From Girardia tigrina (Eukaryota), in assembly GCA_001938485.1 (NCBI GenBank), contig MQRK01183785.1, positions 1-53,097 of the forward strand: a stretch of 53,097 bases of DNA. Reading direction: 5' to 3'. The translations under genes and the position numbers were made by a program. The notes beneath the pieces were generated by a model. That model did no database searches and was not told the origin of the DNA. It was given only the letters and a program-made list of their open reading frames with translations. This document shows, one piece after another, positions 27,001-39,579 of this stretch; the stretch's first letter is position 1; each line of letters starts with the position of its first letter.

Positions 27001-27488
27001 AATTTTAAATTTCACCAAGGAAATCATTTGTGCAAGGCAAATACCTTAAAAAGCTATTATTGAAGTTAAAAAAAAGTGCAGTTGATATTGTTGTCAAAGA
27101 TATGAGACAGCCATCCATGTTTCAAAGGCGAGTTTTTTGCTCCATCGAAGTTTTTAGAATAACCTTTAACATGAAAATGTTATGTATAAATAGCTCCTTA
27201 GGTTTGATGTAAAGAGCATCTTAGTAGATGGAACGAATTCGCAGAAAAACTATTTGGATTTAATGTACAAAGAAATATTAATGCCAGGTCAAGACTGAGA
27301 TGAATGTGCTTGATGGTATCGCTCATGCATTATGTTGCGGTCAAAAAAAAATAATATAATAATACATCACACATGCAATTATAGAAAAAAGAAGTATATA
27401 AAGAAAACTGAGGGAATAATACATTTATTTGATCAAAAAACAGGCCCTGAATCGCTTTTGGTTTCTCGTGTCAAGGGGGGCAGCATTG

Positions 27489-30328
27489 TGTCGCAGCTAA
27501 AAAACGATAAATGAAGAAAATTAGACAAGAGAATTGAAAGTTTACTCGATGGGAAGGACCAAATGAGATGATAAGCCGTTGGGACCAAACTGTGGAACCC
27601 CGAAAACCTTGAGAAGAAGTAGTCGCTCTAAAAGATAAAATAATTAATTAGAAAAAGACCAAAATGAATTAAAGCACCTCTTGGACGACCCGTTGTTGTC
27701 TAGGGGTCATCCGACCCTCCACGCGTAACTTGTGACGAGACCGGTCCCTGGGTGTGATCCGCAAAGCCATGGCATCTTCCTGAAGAGGGTTATACCCTTG
27801 CAAAGAAATATAAATTAAATAAAGCCAGACAAAGGCTAATTAATAAACAAAGACAGTAAATAAAACTTACGATGATTCAGGCCATGAATAAAGAACGGTG
27901 TCACACGATGAACAATCATAGGTGACAAAGAGGCCTTGTGACCAACAGTCATTGTCAGACACACGGCCTAGCAACATCAGCCCTGGCGAATAGCAATTTG
28001 AAATTAGCGGTAGTGACCAACCAGATACGGCCACGAGGAACACAACACAACAGACAAAATATCGGGTGTTATAAATATAACACTCCCTCAGACCAGTTCG
28101 CACAAAAAACAAAAAAGGAAAAAAATATAAGCTAATTAAAAATTTTTAAACGGCAGAATTTCAAGCAGAATTTCGATTTCCCAAAAGCGAAGAAAACAGA
28201 ATTTCGAACACAAAATTAATTAACTAAAATTTCTAAACGACGAGAAGACAATCATATTATCGAGACGCAGTCGGAACCGAACCCCTTAAACCGAGATCAT
28301 ATTCCCAGACGCTTCTACCTAGAGACGCGTCGACCGGCGAAGAACTGAAACATTAGTGACCGAGCACGAGAGATAGTATCGAACAAACCTTCGGGACCGA
28401 GCATTGTAATTTTGTTGTNNNNNNNNNNNNNNNNNNNNNNNNNNNNNNNNNNNNNNNNNNNNNNNNNNNNNNNNNNNNNNNNNNNNNNNNNNNNNNNNNN
28501 NNNNNNNNNNNNNNNNNNNNNNNNNNNNNNNNNNNNNNNNNNNNNNNNNNNNNNNNNNNNNNNNNNNNNNNNNNNNNNNNNNNNNNNNNNNNNNNNNNNN
28601 NNNNNNNNNNNNNNNNNNNNNNNNNNNNNNNNNNNNNNNNNNNACATCATTAGGATATTTGGATATTAAATATAGTTTTCCGTAATATGAGTTTGATTAT
28701 TGATACAGTTTAGCGTTTTAAGTTTTATTTCTTTTTATATTTAGTCAAATGTGACGAGTTTTAGTGGGATATAAGATTAAATGGAATGAGTGAATATTTA
28801 ACGTAATGTATAGCGAGAGTGTTTGATTAAGGGTACCCACAAGCAGTTTGAGGTTTAGAGATATAGTATATTTAATCGCGGATCTAATTATTTGATAACT
28901 TTCGCGATTCGTAGTTTTACGTGTTTTTTTTTAGACTATTTAAGTAGAATTACTTGACCTTCCGTGGATAAGCAGTATTTTATTTATTATGTTATCGGAA
29001 TTTTATTTGTAAAGAGAAGTTTAATTACGTGAAGTCAGTTAATCAAAGTAATAGCGATCCCGTTGAATGAATTAGCTTTATTTGAGTGAAGTTTTAGGAC
29101 GAATTTGATTACTAAAGAAATTATCTAGTACTGGTTTCGTTTTAGTTAAAAGTGATTACTTATCCCCGTTGAATTTAATAAACGTTATTTTTAAAATAAA
29201 TCATGTTATAAAAAACAGAGAATAAATGAAAGAGTATCGATAAGTTATATTCGACAATAGAATTACCTGCAAAACCAGCCGAAAAATCTTTCGATGAAAA
29301 TCTCGCGAGGGTCAAAAGGGTACCCAGAATTGTGATGTAAAGTAAATGATTAAAACAAAATATCGTAGTGGTTGAATATTGAGAGAAAATTTTATATTAA
29401 ATCGAGTTTATAATTATTAATAACGAATAAAAAAAATTAAATTGAATTTTATGAATAATGCATTGCGATAAAACTCTTGATCGAACATGTATTTTTCCGA
29501 TAGGTTCATTTTAAAGTTAGACGATATTTGCGAACAATAATTTAACCGGGTTTTAGGGAACCGCGATTCTATAATTTAAATTCTAACGAGTTATGATTTA
29601 CGGGTTTATCTCAATGAGGAATATTTTCTAATTGGAATGTATAATTGACTGAGTACAAGTGCGAAATAAAATAGAAAAAAGCCGAGTTATAAAGAATTTG
29701 CAGTTGGAGCGGGTTGTAAGATAAATCCAATTAGCGCTGCTGTTGATTGTTTGCTCATAGGTGTCAGCTAATAATAAAAACTGTTAATGATTGTAATGAG
29801 GATTTATAAGATTCTACGAGTTAAGACGAAAAGGGATAAAATATCGAACCATATTAGTTGTAGGAGTTTTAACCCATGTTCTTTATCAATTTATAAGTTA
29901 GGTTCCTGTACGAACAAAAGCGGTTTTGATTGTCCAGTCTTATAGCGCGTTATCGTTTTGAGTAATAATGGTTTTATAAGATTGTTTGGGCGGCTCTAAC
30001 TATACAATTCCGACACCGATAATCGCGAGTCGTTCATTATAGGAGTTAAGATATCCAGTTATAATTAGAAGGAAAAATCATCCCCGAGCGACACTCCGCT
30101 AGGTGGGGGGCCCATAGCCCATCCCATCTTTATTCGAACCCGCAGGCCCTTCAGACTCGGCACTGCCAGCAGATGTCGAGCGAGAAGAGGCGCCCGACCC
30201 TGTAATATAAAAGAGAAATATAGATATTCGTAATTGAATAGTAAATGGGAACTGGGTTGTGACTGACCCTTAATAGTCACTGGGGGCTCTGAGCAAACAA
30301 AAATGTTACAAACAAATGGGTCGTGACA
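27489..30328 (+). mobile_element. Probable long LTR (Gypsy-like) remnant, containing a gap
   Basis: Ends TGTCGCA...TCGTGACA (TG..CA with short inverted termini), preceded by the PPT-like aagggggg (27473-27480). No gag/pol seen; no exact TSD. Confidence 0.5.
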
Positions 30329-30461
30329 ATTAGACATATGGACAGAGCCTTTTACTGGACAGTAAGTAATTCAGCATTCGATGAATAAATCAAAAAATTC
30401 TATGTTTAACTAATTTACGTTATTTCACAGTTCCTATGCGTCTCTGACATGTTTGTACATT

Positions 30462-31059
30462 GGAATTGAAAATAGAATAGTGGTAGCCTACCTCCATAAC
30501 TTCGTCACTATTTAAGATATTTACAACCACTAGATTAATGCAATTAGAACTACATGAACTCGTAGAGGAAGAGCATTGTGTTTGGAGCACTTATCAGTAA
30601 CAACCACATGAAAGGTTAGATATTTAGCACGAATCGTGTCATCATACAAAGCAAGCAAAATTTTTTTATTTTTGATTTTATTATTAATAGGACNNNNNNN
30701 NNNNNNNNNNNNNNNNNNNNNNNNNNNNNNNNNNNNNNNNNNNNNNNNNNNNNNNNNNNNNNNNNNNNNNNNNNNNNNNNNNNNNNNNNNNNNNNNNNNN
30801 NNNNNNNNNNNNNNNNNNNNNNNNNNNGTCCTATTAATAATAAAATCAAAAATAAAAAAATTTTGCTTGCTTTGTATGATGACACGATTCGTGCTAAATA
30901 TCTAACCTTTCATGTGGTTGTTACTGATAAGTGCTCCAAACACAATGCTCTTCCTCTACGAGTTCATGTAGTTCTAATTGCATTAATCTAGTGGTTGTAA
31001 ATATCTTAAATAGTGACGAAGTTATGGAGGTAGGCTACCACTATTCTATTTTCAATTCC
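30462..31059. repeat. 232-bp perfect inverted duplication flanking an N gap (likely assembly artefact)
   Basis: 30462-30693 is the exact reverse complement of 30828-31059. Confidence 0.85.
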
Positions 31060-31419
31060 TTCTTTTAATTTTGCATGTAGATTCGAGATTTTGTGAAACA
31101 TGTTAAAGCTGTGGTTCAATCCACCAAGCGTTCCGGCCTCAATCGAGATTTACCAAAGACATTAAAACAAAGTGCTGTTGTACGTTGGAATAGTGATCTT
31201 GTCATGTTGGAAAGCGTAGCATCCACGTAGGACTAACTGACAGTAAAAATAATCAACAGTGGCAATGAAGTTCTCCTAAACCGCATCAATAAGTGTCTAT
31301 TGCATGATTTGATTGCCTTTCTGCCAGAATTTCGTTGAGCCTCTAACGATTTGGAGAGTGACAGAAGTCAAACAATGCACATTGTACTTTATTTCATTAG
31401 GTATTATTTCATTTGTATT

Positions 31420-31715
31420 TTCATAAATATTTTCTCGAAATTCCGTGTAGGATTTATTCAAATCGTCATTATTAGAAATCGGTGTTAATTTAACCATTTA
31501 ACAACCTGTACGGTTTTCGATCGATTTCATTGGCTTCCGGGCATCTTTTGGCGATGGCGCTCCATGAACAGAATTATCTCGATGCGGGCTATCCAGATTT
31601 ACCACGTCATTAAATGGATTCACTCCGGTTCCTCCGCAATTTCACATTTAATAGCGTGACCGACAAATAAACAAACTAACTAACAAACACACTTTTTAGA
31701 CAAATATTATATATA
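31420..31715 (+). repeat. Copy of a dispersed Helitron/DINE-like non-autonomous repeat
   Basis: Clearly homologous to 43321-43585; ends gcgtgaccgac(aaac)n acacactttttag. Confidence 0.7.
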
Positions 31716-31989
31716 TAACTTTTCTTGGTTTTATAATGTAATATTAATTCATTCATTTTAAATGTAACATGTTTATCTTTAGTTTATGATATATTTAAAA
31801 TATTTAGTTAAATTTTAGAGTTTCCTGAAATCCTCATAGCTTCTATTGAAAGTCAACTCATTCACTCGGGAAGAGACCATCGTCAAAAGAAACGAACAAC
31901 CAAAAAAATTCAAACAACTATGATTGGCGAATAACTTACTTTTTAGTCTTTTTAGATTTTCTAATTTTTAACGATGACAAATACACTAC

Positions 31990-33150
31990 TTTAAAGTGTT
32001 ACAAAGTGTTCGTATTAGAATGTTGTATGTCATTCATAATTAAATGTTAAATAAATCATTCAATTAATTCAATAATAGTAGACACGTAAAGAAACATATT
32101 AAAAAAGCGTTTATGCATTTCGAATTTCGTACCAATGAAACAGCATTTGAGGATAAAATTACTTTTTTGCTTTTATCGAAAGAAAAAAACTGCTGAAGAT
32201 TTTCATGTTTTTCAAGAAACTTAAGGTAAACATGCACCAAATCAAAAGACTTGTGAAGACAGGTTGTAACTATTCAAAAGTTGTGATTTTTATGACTGAC
32301 AAAAAATTGAAGTAGAAAAACGTGAAACATTTATTATAGGAAAACCAAGCTCATGCAGAAAAATAACTTGCCAAACACTTGAATGTCACTTAGGTGGATA
32401 CAAGAAAACCTGTATATATCATGAAAATGATTCAAAAAGAATGTAAAGATACCACATGAAATGAGTTAAGCCAACATTGAACATCATTTAAATATTAACA
32501 ATTCTTCACCAACAATACACAAAAGACGGTCGTTTATCCATTACATTGTGCTTGGCAATGAAAAATAGATTTAATACGATAACTCTAAATTAAAAAATTA
32601 TAGAATCATCCAGGACGAACCATTCACAAAAAAAGAAACATTCATGGAATTAAATTTATGTTATGCCTTTTGTTGAATCTGAAAAAAATTATTGTAATTT
32701 GACATTTTGAAACCGAAATAAGCTTATACTGCTAGACATTGAACATCAGTGCTTAATAGATTTAAACCATGAATTGAATGAAATAGGTCATATTTCGTGA
32801 AGTGATTTTGCTGCATGGCAATTCTCAGTCACATGTAAAAAATAGACACTGGCAGCACTTAAAAGGGATGTTCTATCATATGCTTCCTATTCACCCGGTT
32901 ATGCCACATCAGATTATTTCTTTTTTTTGATCAATGCAAAACACTTCTCAAGAATTTTAATTCTTAAACCATTAAGAAATAAAAAAAATGGCTCAAAAAA
33001 CGCATTGTATCAAAATATTCATTAATAAAATATATGTGGCCGAAAGTCATAGTTAACGATGAATAATATTTAAATCAAAATGAAATTTACTATTTCTTCG
33101 GAAAAATGTGTCTTTTTGCAAAACAAATGCAATTGACATGACTGCACACA
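31990..33150 (+). mobile_element. Heavily decayed mariner (Mos1-like) relic
   Basis: Remnants IVLGNEK*I*YDN, LLHGNSQSH and YSP..ATSDY; boundaries approximate. Confidence 0.75.
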
Positions 33151-33579
33151 GTCCCCCAAGCCGTAATCCGAGAACTGCCGTGAAATCGTAAATGTTTTAG
33201 AAGTGGTGTGTAGGGTCATTTCACAAAAGGGAGCAAAAAGTATTTAACCAAGCTGTCAGGAAACTGGTAATGGGTTCCAAATATTGCGAGAGTTGGGACA
33301 CTGTGTGAAGTGACACGCAACTGCCAATTATTAGGGGGAATGTATGCAGGAGGACGGTGAGGGAAAATGTCGATACAGGGTGTTCCTCAACGGTCGTGGT
33401 GAGGGCGGTTGTTCCTCCGACAAAATTAAATAGATTAGAAGAAAGATGTCAAACGATAGATGGATCAGGATATTCTTTCTTCAGTTCACCTGTTATTGAT
33501 TCTCTCTTTTCCGTTAAAACTAATTTGTCCACTTTTCTCTTCCTCCAAGGTTTCCTTATTCTAGTTCTTTTCTTTTTGC

Positions 33580-33890
33580 TGAGACCATGACTTTAACACT
33601 ACCAAATCATGGTCAGAACCACAGTCAAGACTCAGATAGATGTAGACATCGATTATTCTACGCCAACTTCTCGGGTCCAAGAGTAAGAAGTCCATTATAA
33701 CTCTTCGTTTAGTTGCTGGGTTTGTCCTGCTAATTTTTTAAAGTAATTTTATGCTTGTAAAATGTGTTCTAAATTCGTAAACCTCTGGAGGCCCATAGTT
33801 TTACTCTCAAAAGTGTGCTGAGCTGATGCATAAATTCCAACAATATTTCTGCCTTTATTATTTTTCCCAATTCTATAATTAAAGTCACCT
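33580..33890 (-). mobile_element. Non-LTR retrotransposon AP-endonuclease relic (RTE-like)
   Basis: GDFNYRIG...IVG.Y followed by MDFLL...IIDV.....DCGSDHDLV (APE GDFN and SDH motifs). Confidence 0.75.
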
Positions 33891-34059
33891 GTAAACTCTT
33901 TCAATTTACTTTCCTTGATTGTTTTATTTCCAATATAAAATCTACGGCGAGGCCAGGTGTTCCGGCCCATAGGAACACGGCCCAAAATTCTCCGGAGACT
34001 GTCATAAAATCATTAATTTGAGTTCTGACGAGGGCGATTTGTGGTGCTGATGAGAATAT

Positions 34060-34202
34060 TTCAATATTTCTAAAATTAACATTACTTCCATTGGTGTAGA
34101 GAAAGTTCTTATTTTTCGGGTCATCGCCAAAAACAATGAAGTGACCTTGTCCGATCTTCGGTAACGCGGCAAATATTTGAATCAAGTGACAATTAATATC
34201 AT
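34060..34202 (-). pseudogene. WDR1: Orphan fragment of WD-repeat protein 1 / actin-interacting protein 1 N-terminus
   Basis: IFAALPKIGQGHFIVFGDDPKNKNFLYTNGSNVNFRNIE aligns with WDR1/AIP1 VFASLP..RG...IGGDPKGNNFLYTNG..VILRNID as I recall it. The nearest ATG is out of frame, there is an in-frame TAA upstream, no GT follows RNIE, and no further WDR1 exons were seen. Confidence 0.75.
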
Positions 34203-34639
34203 AATGATATTAATTCCGTATTTCAATTCATCATTAATAACAAAATTAATATTTTTTATTCGTATCCACAAAAACTCTGATTACAACATTTAAACAATTC
34301 AACAAAAGTCAATTTTAAAACTGTAAATTTCTAAAAGTATATTGAAAAAGCTTTTTTTCTTAATAATTTTAATCGATACAGTCAACAATATCCTAAACAA
34401 CAACAAATATGAATAATTATCGAACTTCTCCATCACTTCCAATAATGAATAGGCAATATTTCGTTTCCGCGATCACTTTTATTTTTATCGTTACATCCTT
34501 TATTTTCTCAAAGTTTATTTGAAGGAGATAAGATTGATGAACACAAAATTTAGTAAAATAAACTTTTGACTTTAGTTCCCATTTTCAATGGATCGAATAG
34601 GTATAAACATCTCTTTTCTGTTATAACTTTGATTTGAAA

Positions 34640-36568
34640 GGTGCCAGGATGAAATTACACGAGAAAAATTAAACTATTTAAAATTAAAAGTTCTCAACAA
34701 TTTGTATTTTACTAAAAATATAAATTGCTATAAATTTTAAAATGTTGTTAGCTCTTAGTTTATTACCAGAAGAAGAGGTTTTAAAAGGTTTTTTTATAGG
34801 TTGACGATTTTAATGAACATAATGAACAGATAGAGGAATTTCTATTATATTTAGAAAGTATATATTGTGATTGACAACTTAGAAATAATACACACAGAGG
34901 GCCTTTATTTAGTATTTCTGTTTGGAATCACAGACAATCTGTCGCGAATTTTATTGCCAGAACTACAAATTGCATCGAAGGATGTTACTATGGACAATAG
35001 TCACTGTTTCAATGTTACGATCCAAATGTTTGGAAATTTTTGGATAGTATAGTGATAATTTAGTAAATTTTAAATAAAAGTACCAATCATTTTTTTATCA
35101 GCGTGAGTTAAATACATGAGAGTTGACGAGAATGTGTGCTAATTATTTTCTTTTCAAACTATTAAAGTACTTATCAATTATTAATGAATTTTTGGTAGTA
35201 AAGTGTAATTTCCACATTTATGTATCATTTTCTTTGTAATTTAATTCACTTGTATTTATTTTCTGTTATATTTTTCTTAGCGCTAAATTTACAAACCTTA
35301 CGCTAATTTTAAAAGTTTTACGTACATTTTTTTAGTTTTTTGACGCTATATGGAAAATACAATAAACAAACTATAATATTTTTTATTCATTTTTCATTTC
35401 TTGTCTTCTATTTGTATGAAAATATTTCCAATTCGTCTTATTACGAATGATTTGAGGTCTTCTTTTTTTGCCTTTTCTGTTATCGGTTCAATAACAAGAT
35501 TCAATTTCTTTTTCAAAAGACATGCTGACACTGTTTAAGCTTCCCAAAAGTACAACAAGTGCACCATACATCGTATACGGACGCTAATTCCGAGCAAATA
35601 AACACAAAAAATACCTGAAATACAGATTTTTAAGTTCATTTATGCTTTTAGCATCAAAAAGAGTCGAATAAAAAATTGGAAAGAAAAACAAGTAAGAAAT
35701 TATAAAAAATAGCGTAAAAACTGCAAAAGTTAACTTAAAAATATAGCGTTCAAATTGCTAAATTAGAGTAAAAATTATAAAATTAGCAAATGAACGCCCT
35801 TTTTCTTAGTATAATTTTCACGTTCATACTTCATTCTATTGTAAATTTTTACCGTGTGAAATTTTTTCGGCATACCCCCATAACAGCGATTTATTTTCCA
35901 AACAGAAAGTCAATGAGATAAAATTTTATTTTAAGAAAATTCCAACTTTAAATTCACTGTCAAAATGCAATTGGGGTGCTTAAATTGAAAGAAATTCCAC
36001 GAATAAACTCCATGACACCGATGTCACCATTATCAAAACGCAGTTGCAAGTTTGAAATACGTTTACTTATTAAATTATAATTTTTATTTGTTTTTTTAAT
36101 AACTTGGTCAACATTAATTTGTGTCATCAATATTTCTGTAAATCCTTATTCTTTTATTATGCATTTTTAATAAATCATAAATATTCGGGTGATGCTTAAC
36201 AACTAAATTATTGAAACGGTTGTGCCACCCTTCAACATCATTGTTAGTGCGCCGTCTGATGTCATACTATTTCCACATTTCTTTTTTTAATATTTTGAAA
36301 CCATTGCTGGTGAAAGTACTGGTCTAATGAGTACCGGTGCCTCGTTACTCAGATTGTCGAAAGTTTATTGAACAATTTGTTCAGGAACAAACGCCAAAGC
36401 CATAAGCATACATATTTTCGTACCAAGTTCCTGATTATTACCATACATTATAAGTAAAATTTATTTCTCCAATTTAAATGAAAAAATTCTATTTTTAAAA
36501 TAAAAAATTTCTTTCGCTGTTTTCGGGTATAACCGTTTTTTCTCGTGCAATTTTTTTCTTGTGTAACC
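34640..36568. mobile_element. Composite Mutator-like (MULE) relic
   Basis: Inverted ends sharing aaattRcacgagaaaaa; near-TSD gatttgaaa/cgtttgaaa; + strand RTTNCIEG (~34965); - strand RTNNDVEGWHNRFN....HHPNIY (~36180-36250); - strand SWIM-like WCTCCTFGKLKQCQH (~35520-35567). Confidence 0.75.
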
Positions 36569-36799
36569 CGTTTGAAACTATTTTTTAAAGAAAACTCACA
36601 TTTCTTATTCTACACTCTTTTCACAGACGAAAACAATGGATCGATTATTTTTAATTCTTAATCGATAATTATTCGTTTATTCTGTCACACAAAACACCAT
36701 CGAAAAGACAATGAAACACAAAGATCCAAATCAATAAGACTAGAAAATCCCGATATTATTTATTGAAATAAACCAAAACAATACAATTGCAATATTCTT

Positions 36800-36886
36800 T
36801 TAAGCTATTTCAAATTTCTCCGCCACAAAAGACGTTTCCGATCCGAATTTCACAGAATTCTTCGACGAATCAAGCACATCCAAGAT
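36800..36886 (-). CDS. ARCN1: delta-COP exon 12 with TAA stop ([28 protein letters not shown])
   Basis: tttcag acceptor; matches the VxFSxETxxxxxKYEI C-terminus. Confidence 0.93.
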   Translation of the reverse strand: MLDVLDSSKNSVKFGSETSFVAEKFEIA

Positions 36887-39543
36887 CTGAAAGCAATCGA
36901 TACGGGATCAATCAATCAATTCATCATTATTTTCATTTCAGCACCTTTAAACCGGTAAATGTTTCCTCTGAATGGAAACTCACAACGATTGGAAAGAAAT
37001 CTTCGATTTGGCCAGTTTTCGTTTCGAACTCCATACTTCCCGTGCTGTTGTCGGCATCAATCAGTTGTAGGATCCACTGCAAATGAGTCTTTCTGGCATC
37101 AACGGAATATTCTCCATCGTATTCTTTTACGATTGGCGCTCCGGCATTCGGTCTACATTGGAAAGAGATTTTTCAATCAATTCTTCATTCGGAAATATTA
37201 TTTTTACGGAAGCGAGATCGATATAACAACTTCATGAAGTTCCAAGGATTTCTTTTGTAATTCGTATTCTATGTTGACACTGCATCCGCCGTTGGTTTTG
37301 TTGGGCCAACAATTTACTAAAAGTCACGAGTGTCATCTGGAGAGCACCTAACAACGCTTAATTCACATACTCACTAAAGGGATTTGGTCATCTTCTTGAG
37401 TTTGGAATCTCCATTTCAACAGACCAATATCTTGGCCGACAGGAAAGGCCTTTTCATTCGATTTTGGCTGTAAAATATTCGAAACCTAGACGGAAATTTT
37501 AATATTTCAACTGATTCCTTTATGTAAAATGCATGAAAAAGTTTCTTGGAATATATTGCTACCTAAATTTCGAAGTAAATGAAAAAAAAATTTTATATCC
37601 ATTCTTTATGCTGGCAGAACTCCACTTGAGCAGGAGAATTTTTGTTCTTTTGTAGAAGTAAAAATTACTACAGTGTAAGCCGCTTAATAGGACCACATTT
37701 GTCCCAAGCCCAACTGGTCCTATTAATCGACTGGTCCCATTAAGCGAAGTGGTGTTATTTTATGACAAAATACACTTTTCGAGTTGCTACAACATTTTAC
37801 GCGTTTTTAAATGTCGCCATTGGTTTAAAACTGCCTGCAAACCGATTGCGATGGTCTAAACAGTTTAAGAGCTCTGAAGTACACACTCTTCGTATAAACA
37901 GTACATTAAACGCTTTAACTATGTACAGTATTGGGCGATACAATTCTGTACTACTTTACTGTATTTTAAAATGAATGACAGTTGTCATGGTTGCATTCAG
38001 CCTTTGGGTATTCACACTTGTAATACTGTACTGTACTGGATTTTACGGTTTAAACTTAAATTCAGTCAAGACCTGCTTCTTTGTTACGTGTGCATGTGTA
38101 TGTTGATTGGGGTGGGTGTATGACCTACGCTAAAAACACGTTTTTCATGACTTTCATGTTGTTTGAAGGGTCAAACANTTTCATGAGTGGTCCCATTAAC
38201 CGACTTTTACTGGTCCTATTAAGCGGCTGCTTTAATATTCGAAACATAGGAAATGATTCGGTCCCACAGAATTTGGTCCTATTAAGCGGCTTTCACTGTA
38301 TTATATTTATTAATACTTTTTTAACTTAACTTTTTTTGCGTAATATAAACTACTTATAATTTATAAGTAGATCCTTTTCAATTAGTATTGTTCAGGAACT
38401 CCGAATTTATCGTTTTTTCCTATTTTGGGAACTTAAAAAGCTTTTCCGATCAAATTTTTGCATAATCATTCATTGTCATCGAGAATGAGTGAGTGTGCAA
38501 AGATTGCAGAAAATTGATTGAGTAAAAAACCTTCAAAAATAGGTTTCTAAATGTCATGGATATAGTCGTGGTCATAATTCACCGGCCACCCTTGAATTTT
38601 AAAGAAAATTAATTTCTTCGTGCGCGTGTGTGTGTAAGTGCATGTATATTATGTTCTTAACCAACATCTTATAAGAATACAGCTTTAGTAGCATACCCAC
38701 TATGCTACTATGATATATAAAAGTATTTGTGTCAAGTATTTGAGACTATTCCGACATGACTGGCAACCAACTTTCACCCACTCTGAGGGCACAAATCATC
38801 GCTTTACACGATACTGGAGTCTCGAACCGTGAAATTGCCATTTGATTCAATATTAGCCACGCTGCAGTAACCGACACATCAAGCGTAAGGTGGAAGTCCA
38901 CGTATCACAAGCAAGGTGACAGATCGAGCCATTTTGAGATCCTGCAAGACCAATCATTTGCTGGTTCCCGCGTAATACAAGCTGATCTTCCAGCTAACAT
39001 TGATAAAATGCCTAGCGCACGAACCATTCGTCGACGTCTGGTTGAAGGAGGCTTTCGATCGTAGTCAAAAATCTCAGTATTTTTAGGGGTTGCTGGTGAA
39101 TTATGGCCACAACTATATATATATATATATATAACATTAAGATTTAATGCAATTTATTTGTAAAAAAATGAATAACAAACGCCATTTAAAAAGTTTTTAA
39201 TTTTTCAAAGCATGTTTCGCCATTACGGCATCATCAGTTGTGAAGTAAATTTCAAATTACAAGTCATTTATATGGCACATTGACTATTGCGCAATTAATC
39301 TTTTTTTCTTTTTTTAAATTAATATTAAAAGATTTTAATATGATTGGATAATTCACTTTGAACATTTAATAATGCTTTATTAATAATGCCTCAGTGACTA
39401 TCCTCTCATGATGTGTCAAAATTTTTCTTCAAAACTGTAAATTCAGTTTCATAGTTAACTTTATCTCTATTTCTGCCTTTTTTCATGTGATCTAGAATCG
39501 AGCTATTCCTATTCAATTGGGTGTGTTCAGCTATGGCGTTTGC

Positions 39544-39579
<36 letters not shown>

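Larger units (their letters stand above)
26723..31410 (+). mobile_element. Fragmented hAT (Hermes/hobo/Ac-like) element interrupted by an LTR-like insertion
   Basis: Left end TAGAGATTGGCG with ttcgggt subterminal repeats; IVVKDMRQ (Hermes DNA-binding-like) near 27080; LKQSAVVRWNS..MLES...F..ASNDLESD...T at 31160-31390. Confidence 0.65.

Noticed and set aside
27780-27810. CTGAAGA followed by GGGT-TAT-ACCC hairpin as a hammerhead
   Set aside because: No GAAA directly after stem II and no stem III or cleavage site.
30462-31059. Perfect 232-bp inverted repeat producing mirror ORFs
   Set aside because: 100% identical arms abut an N gap and interrupt a collinear hAT relic; most likely a scaffolding artefact.
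33945-33985. GC hairpin (gtgttcc/ggaacac) near the LINE relic as an HDV-like ribozyme
   Set aside because: I could not build the nested double pseudoknot, and it is not at a LINE 5' end.
35445-35572. Signal-peptide-like ORF MYGALVVLLGSL as a host exon
   Set aside because: The alternative frame gives a SWIM-like zinc finger inside MULE sequence, which is the better explanation.
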